From contig NC_042999.1 in NCBI RefSeq assembly GCF_006345805.1, positions 15,314,001-15,378,000 on the forward strand: a stretch of 64,000 bases of DNA. The letters are read 5' to 3'. Below are positions 24,700-36,281 of this stretch, one piece after another (the stretch's first letter is position 1; each line of letters opens with the position of its first letter). A program made the translations under genes and the position numbers. Under the pieces are notes generated by a model, which did not search any database, was not told the DNA's origin, and saw nothing but the letters and a program-made list of their open reading frames with translations. The DNA is from Octopus sinensis. Lineage: Eukaryota.

Positions 24700-27600
24700 T
24701 ACTAATTTTTGAGTTGGTAATATTTCTTACTGATTAAACAGGGGGTGGAAAAAAAGGTAATCTTTGATGAAATTGGCCGATTCGTTAATGAACATGCCAA
24801 CGGGAGGAAACTAAACACTTTCTTTTTTTTTTTTTAAGTGAAATAAACAAAAACTCCTGCCCCAAAAATATATAAAAACAAATTAAGTAACCTTCCCTGA
24901 TTCAACATAGTTTACTTAGTAACAGTCTGAAATATTCGGATACAAACAGTCAGGTTTTTTTTTGTAAATTTTAGTTTAATGTTTAAATTGATTAACAAAT
25001 GTGGAGGCATACATCTTTCCATTAGTGCTAACCCCCGTAGTTTTTGGTTTAATGAACAAAATCTGTAATGAGTTCTGTTTCAGATCAGCTCACTCAAAGC
25101 ACAATTCTCCACTACACACCTGAGTTGTGCTTTACCAGGTACGAAGGGTGCTAAATGGATTTTGTATCCATCATCATCATCTTGTGTATCTTTAAAGATC
25201 TCTGAGCTGTATTGAACCATTGATTGGCTCATTGGATTTATTTGGGAGGAATCATGTAGCTGATGGGATTATTTATTCACAATAGCTTTTAAATTAACAA
25301 AAAAAAATAGGAATGATAGAAAGGAAATTTCCACATATGAGGTTTGCCACAAATCACTGGAATTGGAATAAATTGGTAAACTTAAGCTAAAACTGATTAA
25401 AAATATCTAAACTTTAATATGAAATAATAATTAAAAAAAACAACAACCTATCCAGTTATGCTTAAGTGTAAAATAAAATATGTTGGAGTAATAACATATT
25501 TATTATTAAAACACTTTGATCTTAAAAAAAAAATCCTTAGAGTTAAGGGTCCTTCCAGCTCTTAAGACTTCATTTTCATGATTATGTATATATGAACATA
25601 CATTAGGGCAGTTTGAATCAAAAAATATACTAGATTTCATATGTGAAATTTGTAGGTGATAAAAGGGAGCAATCAATATAATTCCTTACCACATGTAATA
25701 ACTGCTGATTCATTCAGCATGCTAATAATCCTTTGATTTGGTTCCAGTTGCCTTTTTTTTTTTTTAATCGTTTCAAGTTTATTGAAATCAAATTGTATAA
25801 TATAGTTTTCCTCTTCCATTTTCAATAAGGTCACAGTCAAAACCAAGTTCTTAGGAATTTTATGATTAGTTTTACATAAAGTGCGATTGATCCATTGGCT
25901 TTCCATACATATCTTTTTTCTTCTTTTTTTTTGTTTCTGACAGTCTTCTCTTCACCACTGCTAAGGATATTATGCAGAGACATATTATCCATATCTATCT
26001 GTCTATATGTATCTTCATACATATATATTTTGTGAAACAGTAGCATCTGAGGAAGTTAGTGATGGTCTGCGCTGGCAAATAGCCATACAAAATGTCTAAG
26101 CAGTGGAATAAATTTAATGCTGTGAGGAACAGTAAATAACACATTTGTCTCACTCAGATGAAGGGTTTTTGCCCAAAATGTTAGAAAACTTCTTTTCTTT
26201 CTCACTGCATAAAATTTATTCCACAGTTTGAACATTTTTATATAGGTATATGTTTATTCAACAAACATATCTGTACTTGGTATAGCATAAATCTAAAAGA
26301 TAATCTTAGAAATTCTTGTTTATTTTTTTTTTAGTTAATAAGATTTTCATATTCGAATTCAAGAATTTGATCCTATAGAATTGAAATTTTGTTTGTTTAT
26401 TAAGAAATGGAAACCATTTCTACCTGTCTCGGAAATAAACTTAGTTACTTACTTTTTATAATGATATTCATTTATTTTCATAATGCAATGAAAAATGTCC
26501 CTAGATTATTATTATTATTATCATCATTTGTTTTGTTTTCATTCATTTCTTATTTCTTTGTTCATATTCCCTGTGGTGAGTTTTACCATTTATGGAGAAC
26601 CACCATGGTTAGACATTGCTTTTGAAGAATGATTTCCTCTTCAAAGAGTTTTGCATACAATACACGGAGTTCTGATTTTGTTTAGGAATTTTGAATTATT
26701 TTCCAAATACTATTTTATTTTAAATGTTATCTCAGACATTTCTTAAAGAAAGAAATATCAGATAAATGTTAAATTAACAAGAGAAAAACGAAATATTCTT
26801 TTCATATTCTTTAAACTGAGTTATAATAAAAATGGTAAAGTTATTATTTTTATTTGTTTATTGTTTCATTACTGAGATATAGGCTCCAGCTTGAAGTTAT
26901 TTTCTTTATTTTCAAGACAATGACACCCAACCTTTTTTAAAGAAATTATTGGCAATATTTCCAAACATCTCCTCAGCAGATAAAATATCATTAATTTTGT
27001 GGGAAATAAAGAGTCTGTTTGGTTATGGCAAGAAATTTCAATGAAAGAAAAAAAAAAAAAGGGAAAAAATTTAAGCCTTTTTGAAATATTTTTCTTGTGG
27101 AAAGTTATGTACGATGGGAGTTTATGTATTACACATTTAATAGAAATTCCTGGTAAAAGATTTATATTTATAAACACAAACATATTTACATACTGAGTTT
27201 TTCTTATACACATGTACAAAAATACACAGACTAGTACATATAGTTTGAAAATATCTTTCTATCTTAACAGTATAATAGAGAGATACTCAAGTTAATTCTG
27301 TAATACCATAAAAGCTATTTTCCTATTTAAATGTTTAATAAATAAATCTAAAATAAGTTTCTATAAGAAGTATGTCAGCTTTGTATCTGTTTGGTATTAA
27401 GTATATTTGAAATCCAATGTAAAGATAACTAGACAGTAAACAAGGGAATTAGGAAGGACTCTGAAATTCTTTATATGGGATTTCAATTATTATTAAAGGA
27501 CCTCAAGATTGACACTAATTTACAGAAGTATTTCAAAGATACTATTTCATAGATACTCCGTGAGAGATGAATTTTCATTTTTTTTGTTTTTTAAGAATTT

Positions 27601-28068
27601 AATGTTTGGTAAATTACAACCTTAAAATCAAGGTCTGTAATAACATCATGATTAAAAACAAAAACGAAACCTTTGAGAAAAATGAATACAGAATTGTGTA
27701 TAAAGTTTGATATGATCAATGAAAGTATAATGGAAGTTCTAATTCTTATTGTCATTGAAAGAATTACCAGATAAAGACTTTGGGTTTTGATAGAGTTGAA
27801 ACATAACATCGGGTAGTTGCAATCTGCATTGGTAGATTCAGGAATCAACTCAGTTCCAGTGGCCATGTATGTTTTCATTGAGGGAAGACAGGCTGTGAGC
27901 AGACCAACTGATACACTTTGAACAATGAAAGAAAACTTCACATGGAATGTCAATATCTGAAAATTATTGATTTTTTCAGTTTTGCTCATTATCTCTTTGA
28001 TTGAGAAGACTTACCTTCTGTTCTTTCTCATTTGGACAATAAAATATATCTACATGATCAACTAACTT
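24700..28068 (-). other. Probable long 3' UTR of the kinase gene (end undefined)
   Basis: About 3.4 kb of AT-rich unique sequence directly after the stop codon, lacking the SINEs that are dense elsewhere. There are several minus-strand AATAAA candidates. The boundary is not determinable. Confidence 0.4.
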
Positions 28069-28600
28069 TCATACTGATGTTACAGTCTGACATAATTCAC
28101 GTGACACTTCACTAACTTGGTCAGAAACATTACTGCTCTCAACCTTATTGTCTATAGGTACAGAAGAAGGTGCTTGCATTCGAATCTGTGGTGAGCTCAT
28201 ATGAAAATTTTGTACTGTCATCACAACAGACCCTCGAGAGTTATTAAATGGAGCAATTGAACTGTTACTGCGTGGCCGGCCAAATAAGTGGCCGCCTGAT
28301 TTGTGAGCTTTAGCAGATAGTTTTCCCCCAGGGCTATTTTTCCGTAACATTGTGCTGACTTCTGAGGTAGCCCCTGGGGACGTCTGGAGTAAAGTGTGTG
28401 AGGTGTTATGACTTAGGGATGTTTGACCAGATTGTTGTGCAATCTCAATTGAATAAGTTCCTTCTAAAGCAACACTAGACGAAGGAACATCTAAACAAGG
28501 CTGTAAATATTCAGTGTTTTCTGAAAATGCTTGTAAAATGTCATCCAATTTTATGCGTTCTGATGGATTGAAAGCCATACAAGAATAAATCAGTGTTCGT
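28069..28600 (-). CDS. VKR: Receptor tyrosine kinase (VKR-like), last coding exon: subdomain XI and Ser-rich C-terminal tail to stop
   Basis: ttcttttctatttcag|A CGA ACA CTG... translates (V)RTLIYSCMAFNPSERIKLDDILQAFSENTEYLQPCLDVPSSSV...QTVTSV*. The post-kinase PCLDVP motif is, from my recollection of the family, characteristic of VKRs. The extracellular Venus flytrap domain is not in the window, so the family call rests on kinase motifs only. Confidence 0.9.
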
Positions 28601-31565
28601 CTGAAATAGAAAAGAAAGTGCTTTAGTATTCACAATAACCAGAATAAAGAATTTTATTTCGGAATATTCAAAATATGGTTTTCGATTGAAGTAACAAATT
28701 AAATAGGCTAAATTTTTTCCATTTTGTGCTTGAATTGAAAATATTTATGAAATTGCTATGAAATCTGAAATGTGAGAAATTTGAATTGTCAATTTGACAG
28801 CCACGAAGGCTGTAATCAAAAACCGAACTGCCTTTCATTTTAAATACAACAGCAGATAATAGAATTGTCATTTTCTGTCAGTGGTAAAGATGTCAGGACT
28901 TGAAAGATTACACTTTGAAAATACATTAAAATAGTCATTTCTAATATAATAAGTGACTTTAAGAAATCATAATATTTACCATTACAAAAGGAAGTTGATC
29001 TTCCTGCTTGTCAAATGTAATAGAGGTTTTTATAAGATTTTCATCTTTTTAGAAGGAATTTGAAAAATGCTTGATGTACACTTGAGTGCATATATTCTAG
29101 ATACATCCATAAACGCAATACACACATATATGCGTACACACACACTCTTTCAAATACACTTAATTTTGTATGCTTAGATAAAAATCTGTATCATAAATAA
29201 TAGTTTTAGGTTAGATATTCCAAATGGAAAAGTGATTTGTAATTGGAAACCTCAACTTAAAATATAGTTTTCTATAAATATATAAATAATACATGACTAA
29301 ATAAATATTTGAACACAAGAAAGCAGAAGATTTTTACTTTATGTATATTAGACATATTATTATAAAAACAGAGACATGTGAGCTGCAAATAGAAAGAAAA
29401 ACAACAAAACAGTTTGAAATACAAGAATTATCAAAGATATGAATATATTTATTTCAAGGAATATCTTGAATATTTCATGCTTCATTTCATGCATCTAGCA
29501 ATTTCTATTGAATAGAAATTATACTTTTGGATAACTGGATAATATTAAAAGGACTGTTTTCGTTTTGTTTTTGCATCTTACTTTATTGTAATGCTTGCAA
29601 AAAGTTCTTAGTTGTTTTAAATTTTGAAATTATTTTCTTTTATGTTTAAATACTTTTTTAAAAGTTTTCAAACAGATAATCTGTTATTTGCTGTATTTAG
29701 AATTTTATCTTTCTTATATATATATAGAGTTGTTGCAGAAAATCATGACGTAGTTGTACATTTTATTTCGATAAGTTGCACAGCAAAATAAACAGCAAGT
29801 TTATTAGTTTAAAATAGGAACTATATGCTTCTGTAAATTCCTGTCAATATGTAACAAGACATTTTAATTCTTCTTAATGTATTTCTAAAGTCCTTGAAGT
29901 TGTTTGAACTTGCTATTTTTTTTCCTTTTCAATTTCAAAGGATGTAAAACTGTTAAAAAAATAATAAGGGATATATCTGGTGACTAAGATGAATGAGGAA
30001 GAAAAACTCAAACAATTCACTGAACAAATGGAAAAATCAGCTTTTTTTTTTTTTGCGATAAGTAATTGACAATACTTGAAAGCATGTTTCATAAAGTTGG
30101 CTTTCCTGAATATTAAACAAAACTACTACTTATATTTCTGATTGAAATGTTTTGAAGATGTAACATTGTGTACACAGAGAGTGGGCTGCAACTTACTGTA
30201 AGAGTAGTGCTTCTGTAAATGTAAAAACCCATGACATACAGAGGAGAGTGTTTTCATGTAGAATAAGAAGCACCAGACTTGTAGAACGAGAGGGACATTA
30301 TGTGTTGAGTAGAACATCTTGGAAGAAAAAAAGTGCCTTACATGCTGAATAATGTGCTTTACATTTCAAGCTCTTTATATTTGTGTAGTAAGTTGGAGGA
30401 CTGACAGTATCATTAACATGTCAGATAAAATGCTTAGCAACATTTCTTCCACCTTATGTTCTGAATTCAAATCTTAGTGAGGTCAAATTTGCCTTTAATC
30501 ACAGTGTGTGTGTGTGAGGGCGGGGGGGGGGCATAAAATAAAGTACCAGTCAATAAAGTACTGTGGCCATGCTGGGGCCCTGCCTTGAAGAGTATTAATT
30601 GAAGAAATTGAACCCAATACTCGATTTTTTTTGCCACACTGCTAAGGTACAAGGATATAAACAAACCAACACCAGTTGTTGAGCAGTGGTGGACAAACAC
30701 AAACACACACTCTTTTATTCTTTTATTTGTTCCAGTCATTTGACTGTGGCCATGCTGGAGCACCACCTTTAGTCAAACAAATCGACACCAGGACTTATTT
30801 TTTGTAAGCCTAGTACTTATTCTATCGATATCTTTTGTCAAGCTGCTAAGTTACGGGTATGTAAACACACCAATATCGATTGTCAAGCAATGGTAGGGGA
30901 GCAAACACAGACATACAAACATATACATATATATTTTTTTAAATGTGTAGAGGTAACACATTTAATGTTAATTTAATTTTATTAATAGCTCTTTTCTTTC
31001 TACATATTCGATTTTAGTAAATATTTTTGAAAAGGTTTTTCCAAAACTGAAACATGTAAAACAAAACCAAAACATTCTTCTTTTAATGTATTTATATAAA
31101 GGAAAATTAAAATTTACCCAATTTTAAGAAAGTAGCATTTTCATTCTTCTTTTTCATAAATATATATATATATACAATGGGCTTCTTTCAGTTTCTGTCA
31201 ACCAAATCCACTCACAAGGCTTTGGTCAGCCCCATGCTGTAGTAGAAGATACTTGCCCAATATGCCACGCAGTGGGACTGAACCCAGAACCATGTGGTTG
31301 GGAAGCAAGCTTCTTACCACACAGCCATGCCTGTGCCTACATAAATTCACAGCAGCTTCTTTCAGTTTCCATCTATTAAATCCACTCACAAGGTTTTGGT
31401 TGGCCCTTGGCTATAGTAGAAAATACTTACCCAAGGTGCCACACAATGGGACTGAACCTGGAACCATGTGGTTGGGAAGCAAGCTTCTTATCACACAGCC
31501 TATAGCAATCAGTTTTATCAATTTACTAAGACTGTCATAAAATGTATTAACTTGAAATAACTTAC

Positions 31566-31773
31566 ACTTCAATTGAACATGAATCTGGTAATGTGATACG
31601 ACTCCCACTTCGGATATATTCCAGAACTTGGTTATTTGAGAGGCCTTGGTAAGGAAAACTACCAAATGTTACTATTTCATACAAAAGTACACCGAAACTC
31701 CAAATATCTGACAATGCTGTGAAAATTCCATCCCATATACTTTCTGGGGACATCCATCGAACTGGAAGCATCC
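31566..31773 (-). CDS. VKR: Receptor tyrosine kinase (VKR-like), exon with subdomains VIII-X
   Basis: ttttcattgcag|GG ATG CTT CCA...ATT GAA GT|gtaagt, 208 nt. Translates (G)[68 protein letters not shown](V). In frame with the previous exon across a 21.4 kb intron. Confidence 0.95.
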
Positions 31774-31977
31774 CTGCAATGAAAAGTAGACAACAGTAAA
31801 TATTATATTATCATCATCATCATTTAACGTCTCTCTTTTTCTCCATACATATATACACACACATATATATATATGTGTGTGTGTATATATATTTGTGTAT
31901 ATATATATGTATATATAAATATATTTGTGTATATGTATGTGTATATATGCATGTATATATGTGTGTATATATGTGTC

Positions 31978-32008
<31 letters not shown>

Positions 32009-32009
<1 letters not shown>

Positions 32010-32739
32010 CATGATGTGAATTCCAAAAGTTTTGAGATGTTTCTTTAGGAGAGGCAGTTATAATTGTTCCATATTCTTTTCTGCTCTAGGAGCAAGGCCT
32101 GAAATTTTGCGGGAAGGGGCCAGTTGATTAGATCGCTCCCAGTGCACAACTGGTACTTAATTTATTGACCCCAAAAGGATGAAAGGCAAAGTTGACCTTG
32201 GCGAAATCTGAACTCAGAATGTAAAGACAGATGAAATACTGCTTAGCATTTTGCTTGGCGTACTAACATTTCTGCTAGCTCACCATTTTATAACTGTTCT
32301 ATATTGTAATTTTAGTTTCTCATTGTTAGACATCTAATAAACTGACCTGCCAACTATTCATTCCAGATTGAAGATGACTGTAACAACACTTTGAACACAC
32401 CATGCCAAGTGCTGTTTGTCACAGCTGACTAGTTTACAGAATGCAGTTGCCCCTCACCCTCCCTACTACCCACACCTTAATCTCTTGACATTTGATTGTT
32501 CCTCAAGCTGTAGGAGGATCTCAAGAGCAGTTGTTTTGAAGTTACTGAGATGAAGGAGGATGTGACAAAGGTCCTGCACATCTTCCCTTCAACAGGGCCT
32601 TCACAAAGTGGCTGGAGCACTACAAAAAGTGCAATGAAGTCAGAGGATCCTACTTAGGAGATTAGAGTTTTGTTCTGCTTTGAAATTAATAAGTGTCTCT
32701 TCTGAAAGAGTCTCAAACATTCTAGAAGTACCTGGTGTG
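32009..32739 (+). mobile_element. Mariner relic with an inserted SINE
   Basis: caccctccctactacccacacctt...ttgttcctcaagctg (HPPY.P.L...LFPKL-like) at about 32455-32510. Imperfect terminal inverted match aaaagttttgaga / tctcaaacattct. Confidence 0.5.
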
Positions 32740-32744
32740 TATGT

Positions 32745-32776
<32 letters not shown>

Positions 32777-32996
32777 TATGACGTATAGATACATGCATAT
32801 ATATATATATATTCTGAGTTCAAATTTTGCCGAGGTCAACTTTGCCTTTCATCCTTTCGGGCTCAATAAATTAAGTACCAGCTGTGCACTGGGGTCAATC
32901 TAATCAACTGGCCCCTCACACAAAATTTCAGGCCTTGCACCTAGAGTAGAAAAAAATATTGAACAATTCTTTTTCATAGCATTTTTCCAATGGCCA

Positions 32997-33058
32997 GGTA
33001 ACTGAAGAGATGGCGGCGTTGATTTTCCACCTCAGCATCCGAAACCCAGAGTTTTATC
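32997..33058 (+). ncRNA. Degenerate type I hammerhead-like motif
   Basis: ggtaa-CTGAAGA-gatg...catcc-GAAA-cccagagtt-ttatc. Stem I is ggtaa/ttatc, stem II is gatg/catc, and stem III is imperfect. It lies about 100 nt before a (TA)n tract. Confidence 0.45.
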
Positions 33059-33162
33059 ATGGCTACTGAATAATTGTCACATATTACATTTACAGATAAA
33101 TTCCTTTATTTACATTATATCGAGATCTCTTTCTTTCCTTTGTTGTCTTACCATTTTTATCA

Positions 33163-33163
<1 letters not shown>

Positions 33164-33198
<35 letters not shown>

Positions 33199-33783
33199 GT
33201 ATATATATATATGTATATATATATATGTATATATATAATGTATATATATATATGTATAATATATATGTATATATATATATGTATATATATATGTATATAT
33301 AATATGTATATATATATATGTATATATATATAGTATATATATATATGTATATATATATATGTATATATATATATGTATATATATATTATATATATATATG
33401 TATATATATATATGTATATTATATATGTATATATATATATGTATATATATATATGTTATATATATATGTGTGTAATATATGTGTGTATATATATGTGTAT
33501 ATATATGGTGTATATATATGTGTATATATATGGTGTATATATATGTGTGTATATATATGTGTGTATATATATGTGTGTATATATATGTGTGTATATATAT
33601 GTGTGTATATATATGTGTATATATATGTGTGTATATATATGTGTGTATATATGTGTGTATATATATGTGTGTATATATATATGTGTATATATATATATGT
33701 GTATATATATATATGTGTATATATATGTGTGTATATATATATATATATGTGTATATATGTGTGTATATATGTGTGTGTATATA

Positions 33784-33826
<43 letters not shown>

Positions 33827-33830
33827 AATC
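33164..33830. repeat. (TA)n/(TG)n compound microsatellite
   Basis: Directly visible. Confidence 0.95.
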
Positions 33831-34484
33831 ATATAAATACACACACAGACATACATAAGTACATAGTCATATGCAGACATGTATGAATGTGTATGCTTAT
33901 GAATAACGGGAAATAATAACCATGTTAAGTTCACTCATAAACTGTGTCTCTTTTGTAGAAACAGTCAAGAGTTCATGTATGTCTACAAATTAGCTAATAA
34001 AAGAAACAATCTCTTCGTTAAATTTCATTTCAATGTTGCAGCAATCTGTTTGAAGGTCAAGAAACCATTCTCATCCAGTCTTTCGTGATGTTATAAAGAA
34101 TCATATAGAAATACTGATCAATTAATATTAAAAAGATAAAAAAGAAATGTCTAGTTATATTTTTCACATATCGAAGACATCACTTTCAATGACCGGTTAA
34201 AAACAATTTCTTTTATTTGGTAGACAGATGGAAGTGAAGTTTACTTTCTACTGAGGTCAATCTGAATTGGTTGTGGCAAAGACTGAATCCATATACATGC
34301 ATATGGTAGGATAGTATAGCTGCAGGGAGAATATTTTGAAATACCTACTCTTAGATCATAATTCAAAATCTGCTGTAATTGCTTAACCTTTATATTACCA
34401 TCTATTGAAACACGTTACCTTTATTTCAATTAATTTTGAAATTAACAAAGAGTTTAGTAAAATAACTTTGTCATTCAGCTGGTA

Positions 34485-34960
34485 TCAAGGTGGTGAGCTG
34501 GTAGAATCATTAGCATATCAGACAAAATGCTTAGCGGTATCTCATCTGTCTTTTAAGGCGGCGAGCTGGCAGAATTGTTAGCACGCTGGGCGAAATGCGT
34601 AGCTGTATTTCGTCTGCCGTTACGTTCTGAGTTCAAATTCCGCCGAGGTCAACTTTGCCTTTCATCCTTTCGGGGTCAATAAATTAAGTACCAGTTATGC
34701 ACTGGGGGTCGATGTAATCGACTTAATCCATTTGTCTGTCCTTGTTTGTCCTCTCTGTATTTAGCCCCTTGTGGGTAGTAAAGAAATAGGTATCTCATCT
34801 GTCTTTATGTTCTGAGTTCAAATGCCACCAAGATTGACCCTGCTTTCATCCTTTTGGGGGTCAATTAAATAAGTACCAGTTGAAGGCTGGGGTCAATGTA
34901 ATCAACTAACCCTCTCCACTGAACGTCTTGGCCTTATGCCAAAATTTAAAACCATTATTA
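34485..34960 (+). mobile_element. SINE family A (tRNA-type head plus gaggtcgactttgcctttcatcctttcggggtcgataaa core), one copy nested in another
   Basis: aaggcggcgagctggcagaa...gttctgagttcaaattccgccgaggtc...aagtaccag. Further copies at 1-370(-), 8100-8910(-, several), 21270-21480(-), 32075-32290(-), 32812-32950(+), 41135-41560(+) and 61999-62110(+). Confidence 0.85.
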
Positions 34961-35029
34961 ATCTTGTATTTGAAATATTCACTTTAAAACAGAAAACTTG
35001 TATCAGATTTCTTGTGATGTAGGTTCATC

Positions 35030-35260
35030 TGGGACCTTGGGCAGTTAGAGGTCAAGTTGTTTCTTGAAAACATCTACCCCTACTCCATGTAGATCTCTCA
35101 GATGTTTTGGCAAGTATTAAATAGTCATGGGCCCCTGAATCCCAAACTATTGCAGTACATAGTCCTCACTCTAGATGGGATGGTTGGGACTTTTGGAACA
35201 GTGCAGTGACGTCCAGTCTGGGGGCTGGTATAGCTCTCGAAGCCAAAGTTTGGAGCTGAC
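35030..35260 (-). mobile_element. CR1-like LINE 3' fragment
   Basis: Minus strand encodes IWKILEGSAPNFG...TGRHCTVP...NSLGFRGP.LFN, resembling a CR1 ORF2 end. Confidence 0.6.
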
Positions 35261-35474
35261 CCCTCCAGGATCTTCCATATACTCTTTACTCCTTTACTTG
35301 TTTCAGTCATTTGACTGTGGCCATGCTGGAGCACCACCTTTAATCGAGCAAATCAAGCCCAGGACTTATTATTTGTAAGCCTAGTACTTATTCTATTGGT
35401 CTCTTTTACCGAACTGCTAAGTTACGGGGATGTAAGCACACCAGCATCGGTTGTCAACTGATGTTGCAGGGACA

Positions 35475-35509
<35 letters not shown>

Positions 35510-35795
35510 AATAATGAAGGGTGAAATTAATTAATTTGGAATAATTATCAATTACACCAAGTAGTCTTCGGCATGTAAAAGCCTCATTCGAGGAAAATTT
35601 AAGTAATACTAAGCAATAAAGGGTTTAGCAACGAATTGCCTTACCACATACCGAATTTAGAAATAGCAGTCAAAGAGTTATAGCTATTTCTTCTACTAAA
35701 AAGGGGAGATCTCAGTAAAAACAGCAATTGGAAGGCAGACACAGACAGGTAAGAGAGAATGAATTGACGGCAATCTATCATACAATTTTAAGTTA

Positions 35796-35897
35796 TCTAC
35801 GGACGCACGTTTCGAAATCAAGCCCTTAGGAAAGCATAAGAATTACATATTAAATAATTCTACCTTACCAAAAAACTTCTTTTCTCTTCAGCGTAGA
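35796..35897 (-). ncRNA. Type I hammerhead ribozyme motif with extended stem II (inverted copy, sense to the kinase pre-mRNA)
   Basis: Reverse complement reads tctacg-CTGAAGA-gaaaagaag...gggcttgatttc-GAAA-cgtgcg-TC-cgtaga. Stem I is fully Watson-Crick. Confidence 0.75.
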
Positions 35898-36179
35898 ATA
35901 CTATAATCATAAATGATTATATATTGAATTTTGAGATACTAGAAGGCACCAACTCAACTCAGTATCAGAGCGAGCTAGAATCCGCAACTAGTATCACCAA
36001 ATTCAATGTGTGAATGAAAAGATTGTGTCACCAGCCCCTTCCCACCCGCGTGTAGCCAAAACATTCATTCACACATTGAATTTGGTGATACTAGTTGCGG
36101 ATTCTAGCTCGCTCTGATACTGAGTTGGTGCCTTCTAGTATCTCAAAATTCAATATATAATCATTTATGATTATAGTAT

Positions 36180-36281
36180 TCTACGCTGAAGAGAAAAGAA
36201 GTTTTTTGGTAAGGTAGAATTATTTAATATGTAATTCTTATGCTTTCCTAAGGGCTTGATTTCGAAACGTGCGTCTGTAGA
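36180..36281 (+). ncRNA. Type I hammerhead ribozyme motif with extended stem II
   Basis: Layout: tctacg, CTGAAGA (36186-92), gaaa[long hairpin]tttc, GAAA (36264-67), cgtgcg, TC, tgtaga. Stem I is 6 bp, the core is intact, the cleavage triplet is GUC, and stem III is minimal and near-palindromic (ACGTGCGT). Confidence 0.75.

Noticed and set aside
25084-25138. Small plus-strand exon or 12-bp hairpin (aaagcacaattc/gagttgtgcttt)
   Set aside because: The ag/gt boundaries and a short stem are expected by chance, and there is no partner exon.
27591-27989. 132-aa ORF downstream of the kinase stop
   Set aside because: No recognisable domain, AT-rich composition, and it lies in the presumed 3' UTR.
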